A DNA stretch of 64,000 bases from Hemiscyllium ocellatum (lineage: Eukaryota): assembly GCF_020745735.1 (NCBI RefSeq), contig NC_083409.1, positions 13,267,259-13,331,258 on the forward strand, read 5' to 3'. This document shows positions 62,320 through 64,000 of this stretch, one piece after another. The notes under the pieces were generated by a model. The model saw only the letters and a program-made list of their open reading frames with translations, made no database searches and was not told where the DNA came from. The translations under genes were made by a program, and so were the position numbers. The stretch's first letter is position 1; each line of letters opens with the position of its first letter.

Positions 62320-63460
62320 CATCTGATGTTTGTTTAATGTGGTAATTATTGTTGCCTTCACCATCATTTCATACATGTGTGAAAAAGTTGCCCCTGAGGT
62401 AACTTTAAAATTTTTCCTTTCTTACCTATGGTCTCTAGTTTTTGACTCCGCTATCCTGGAAAAAAAGATCACAGCTATTTACCCTATCCATGCCCCTCAC
62501 GATTTTATAAACTTTTAAGGTTACCCTTCAGCCTCTCCCTATAGCTCAAACCTTCAACCCTCGCAACATCCTTGTAAACCTTTTTGAATCCTTTCAAGTT
62601 TGACAACACACCAGCACTGAATGCATTATTCCAAAAGTGGCCTCACCAATGTCCTGTACAACCATAACATGACATCCCAACTCTTATACTTAATGCACTG
62701 ACCAATAAATGCAAGCACACCAAACGATTTCTTCATGACTGAAACTCCGTCTTCAAGGAACTAGGAACCTGCACCCCAAGGTCTCTTTGTTCAGCAACAC
62801 TGCCCAGGACCTTCCCATTAAGTCCTGCCCTGATTTGCCTTACCAAAATGCAGTACCTCACATTTATTGAACTCAACTCGATCAGAAAAAAACACCAGTA
62901 GTTTAGCACATCATCCCTATCTAATTATTCATTAAATATGCTAAACCTGAATCAAACCTTGCTGAAACCACACTTGGATACTGTGTGCAGGCTGATCATC
63001 ATACTATAAATAGAAAAAGGAGAAACTGAAGTGGGTACACAGACAAGATTGACAAGGTTGGTCACAGGAATGTGTGGGTTCACATCTCAGGAAAGGGTTG
63101 ACAGGCTATGTCTCTTTTCTCTGAAAGAAGGACAAACAGGGACATAATAGAGGTCTTTAAAATGTTGAGAGGGTTCAGCAGACTGGATACAGACAGAATG
63201 TTTCCTTTCACAGGGAAGAGCTACCTTGAGGTCACAAAGTATTCACCAAGAAATCCATCAGGGAGATATGGAAGATCTGCAGAATTGGATTACAGCAATG
63301 AAGACTGAACAGGGAGCAGTTGAATCAAATATGATACGGGTGTTTAAGGGGAGGATAGACAAGATTAGAGGGAGAAAGGAATAGAGGGTCAGGGTAATAG
63401 ATGAGCAAGGGTGACAGGATTCTCAAGTGGAGCAGTAACACTGATGTGAAGTGATTGGAA
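62320..63460. mobile_element. CR1 fragments (minus 62320-62880; plus 63020-63460)
   Basis: CR1 ORF2 C-terminal and 3' motifs. Confidence 0.7.
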
Positions 63461-63464
63461 CAAA

Positions 63465-63800
63465 TCATAGAATCCCTCAGTGTGGAAACAGGCCATTCAG
63501 CCCATTGAGTCCATAATAACCCCTCGCACAGCAACCCACCCAAACTCACTCCCCTAAGCTATGAGTGTAACTTTGCATTTCCCATGGCTAATTCACCTCG
63601 CCTGCATATCGCTCGGCACTATGGGCAATTTAGCATGGCCAATCCACCTAACCTGCATATTTGTGGACAGCGGGAGGAAACCCATGCAGACATTGGGAGA
63701 ATGTGCAAACTCCACACAGTCACCTGAAGGTAGAATCGAACCCGGGTTCCTGGCACTGTGAGGCAGCAGTGCTTGCCATTGAGCCATGGTGCTGCCCTAA
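63465..63800 (-). mobile_element. HE1-type V-SINE
   Basis: Reverse complement of the HE1 head, V-domain and tail. Confidence 0.85.
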
Positions 63801-64000
63801 TAAGGCCTATTTGCATTCTCTGTAGTGTACACAATTGTCTTCATAGGATAAAAAAGCTAACACAATGATGTCAAGCTGATAATTCCACCAGGAAAAACAA
63901 TTCCTGCAACATTTGCATGTACCTCCAGTTTCCTAACACACTCCACTGAAAGGCAAAGCAAGCTTTGCACGAGTGAAAATTTTCACAGTGCAATCCCATT

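Noticed and set aside
63809-63918. Two perfect octamers (ATTTGCAT) ~100 bp apart
   Set aside because: In a CEP350 intron with no leader or V nearby; a few octamers are expected by chance in 64 kb

Overview
Eukaryotic DNA from a cartilaginous fish, most likely a shark (HE1/V-SINEs, dense CR1 LINEs, cluster-type Ig). A 500-N scaffold gap (44020-44519) splits the window. Left of the gap is one unrearranged kappa-type (type III / NS4-like) Ig light-chain cluster on the minus strand: leader 14656-14704, V 14182-14469, 12-RSS, 23-RSS, J 13684-13718, C 3442-3770. The cluster is a pseudogene: two stops in V, a CDR1 deletion, YYC->YDC, FGKG->FSKG, J donor GT->GG, and variant octamer and V-RSS. The C exon and J-RSS are intact. 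Upstream lie an orphan exon-like ORF (16354-16717), a 44-bp minisatellite split by a CR1, and a ~350-bp unique element with a PU.1/IRF composite site (EICE) and an E-box. That element has an inverted paralog at 41.7-43.1 kb. Right of the gap is the 3' part of a CEP350 gene (minus strand). It lacks the exons for the CAP-Gly-containing middle region yet would splice in frame across the deletion, and its conserved cassette exon is dead. The rest is CR1, L2, L1/Tx1, Gypsy and Tigger relics, SINEs, and short Penelope-derived elements with hammerhead-ribozyme-like cores. Repeat boundaries are approximate. Homolog comparisons rely on recalled reference sequences, not searches.
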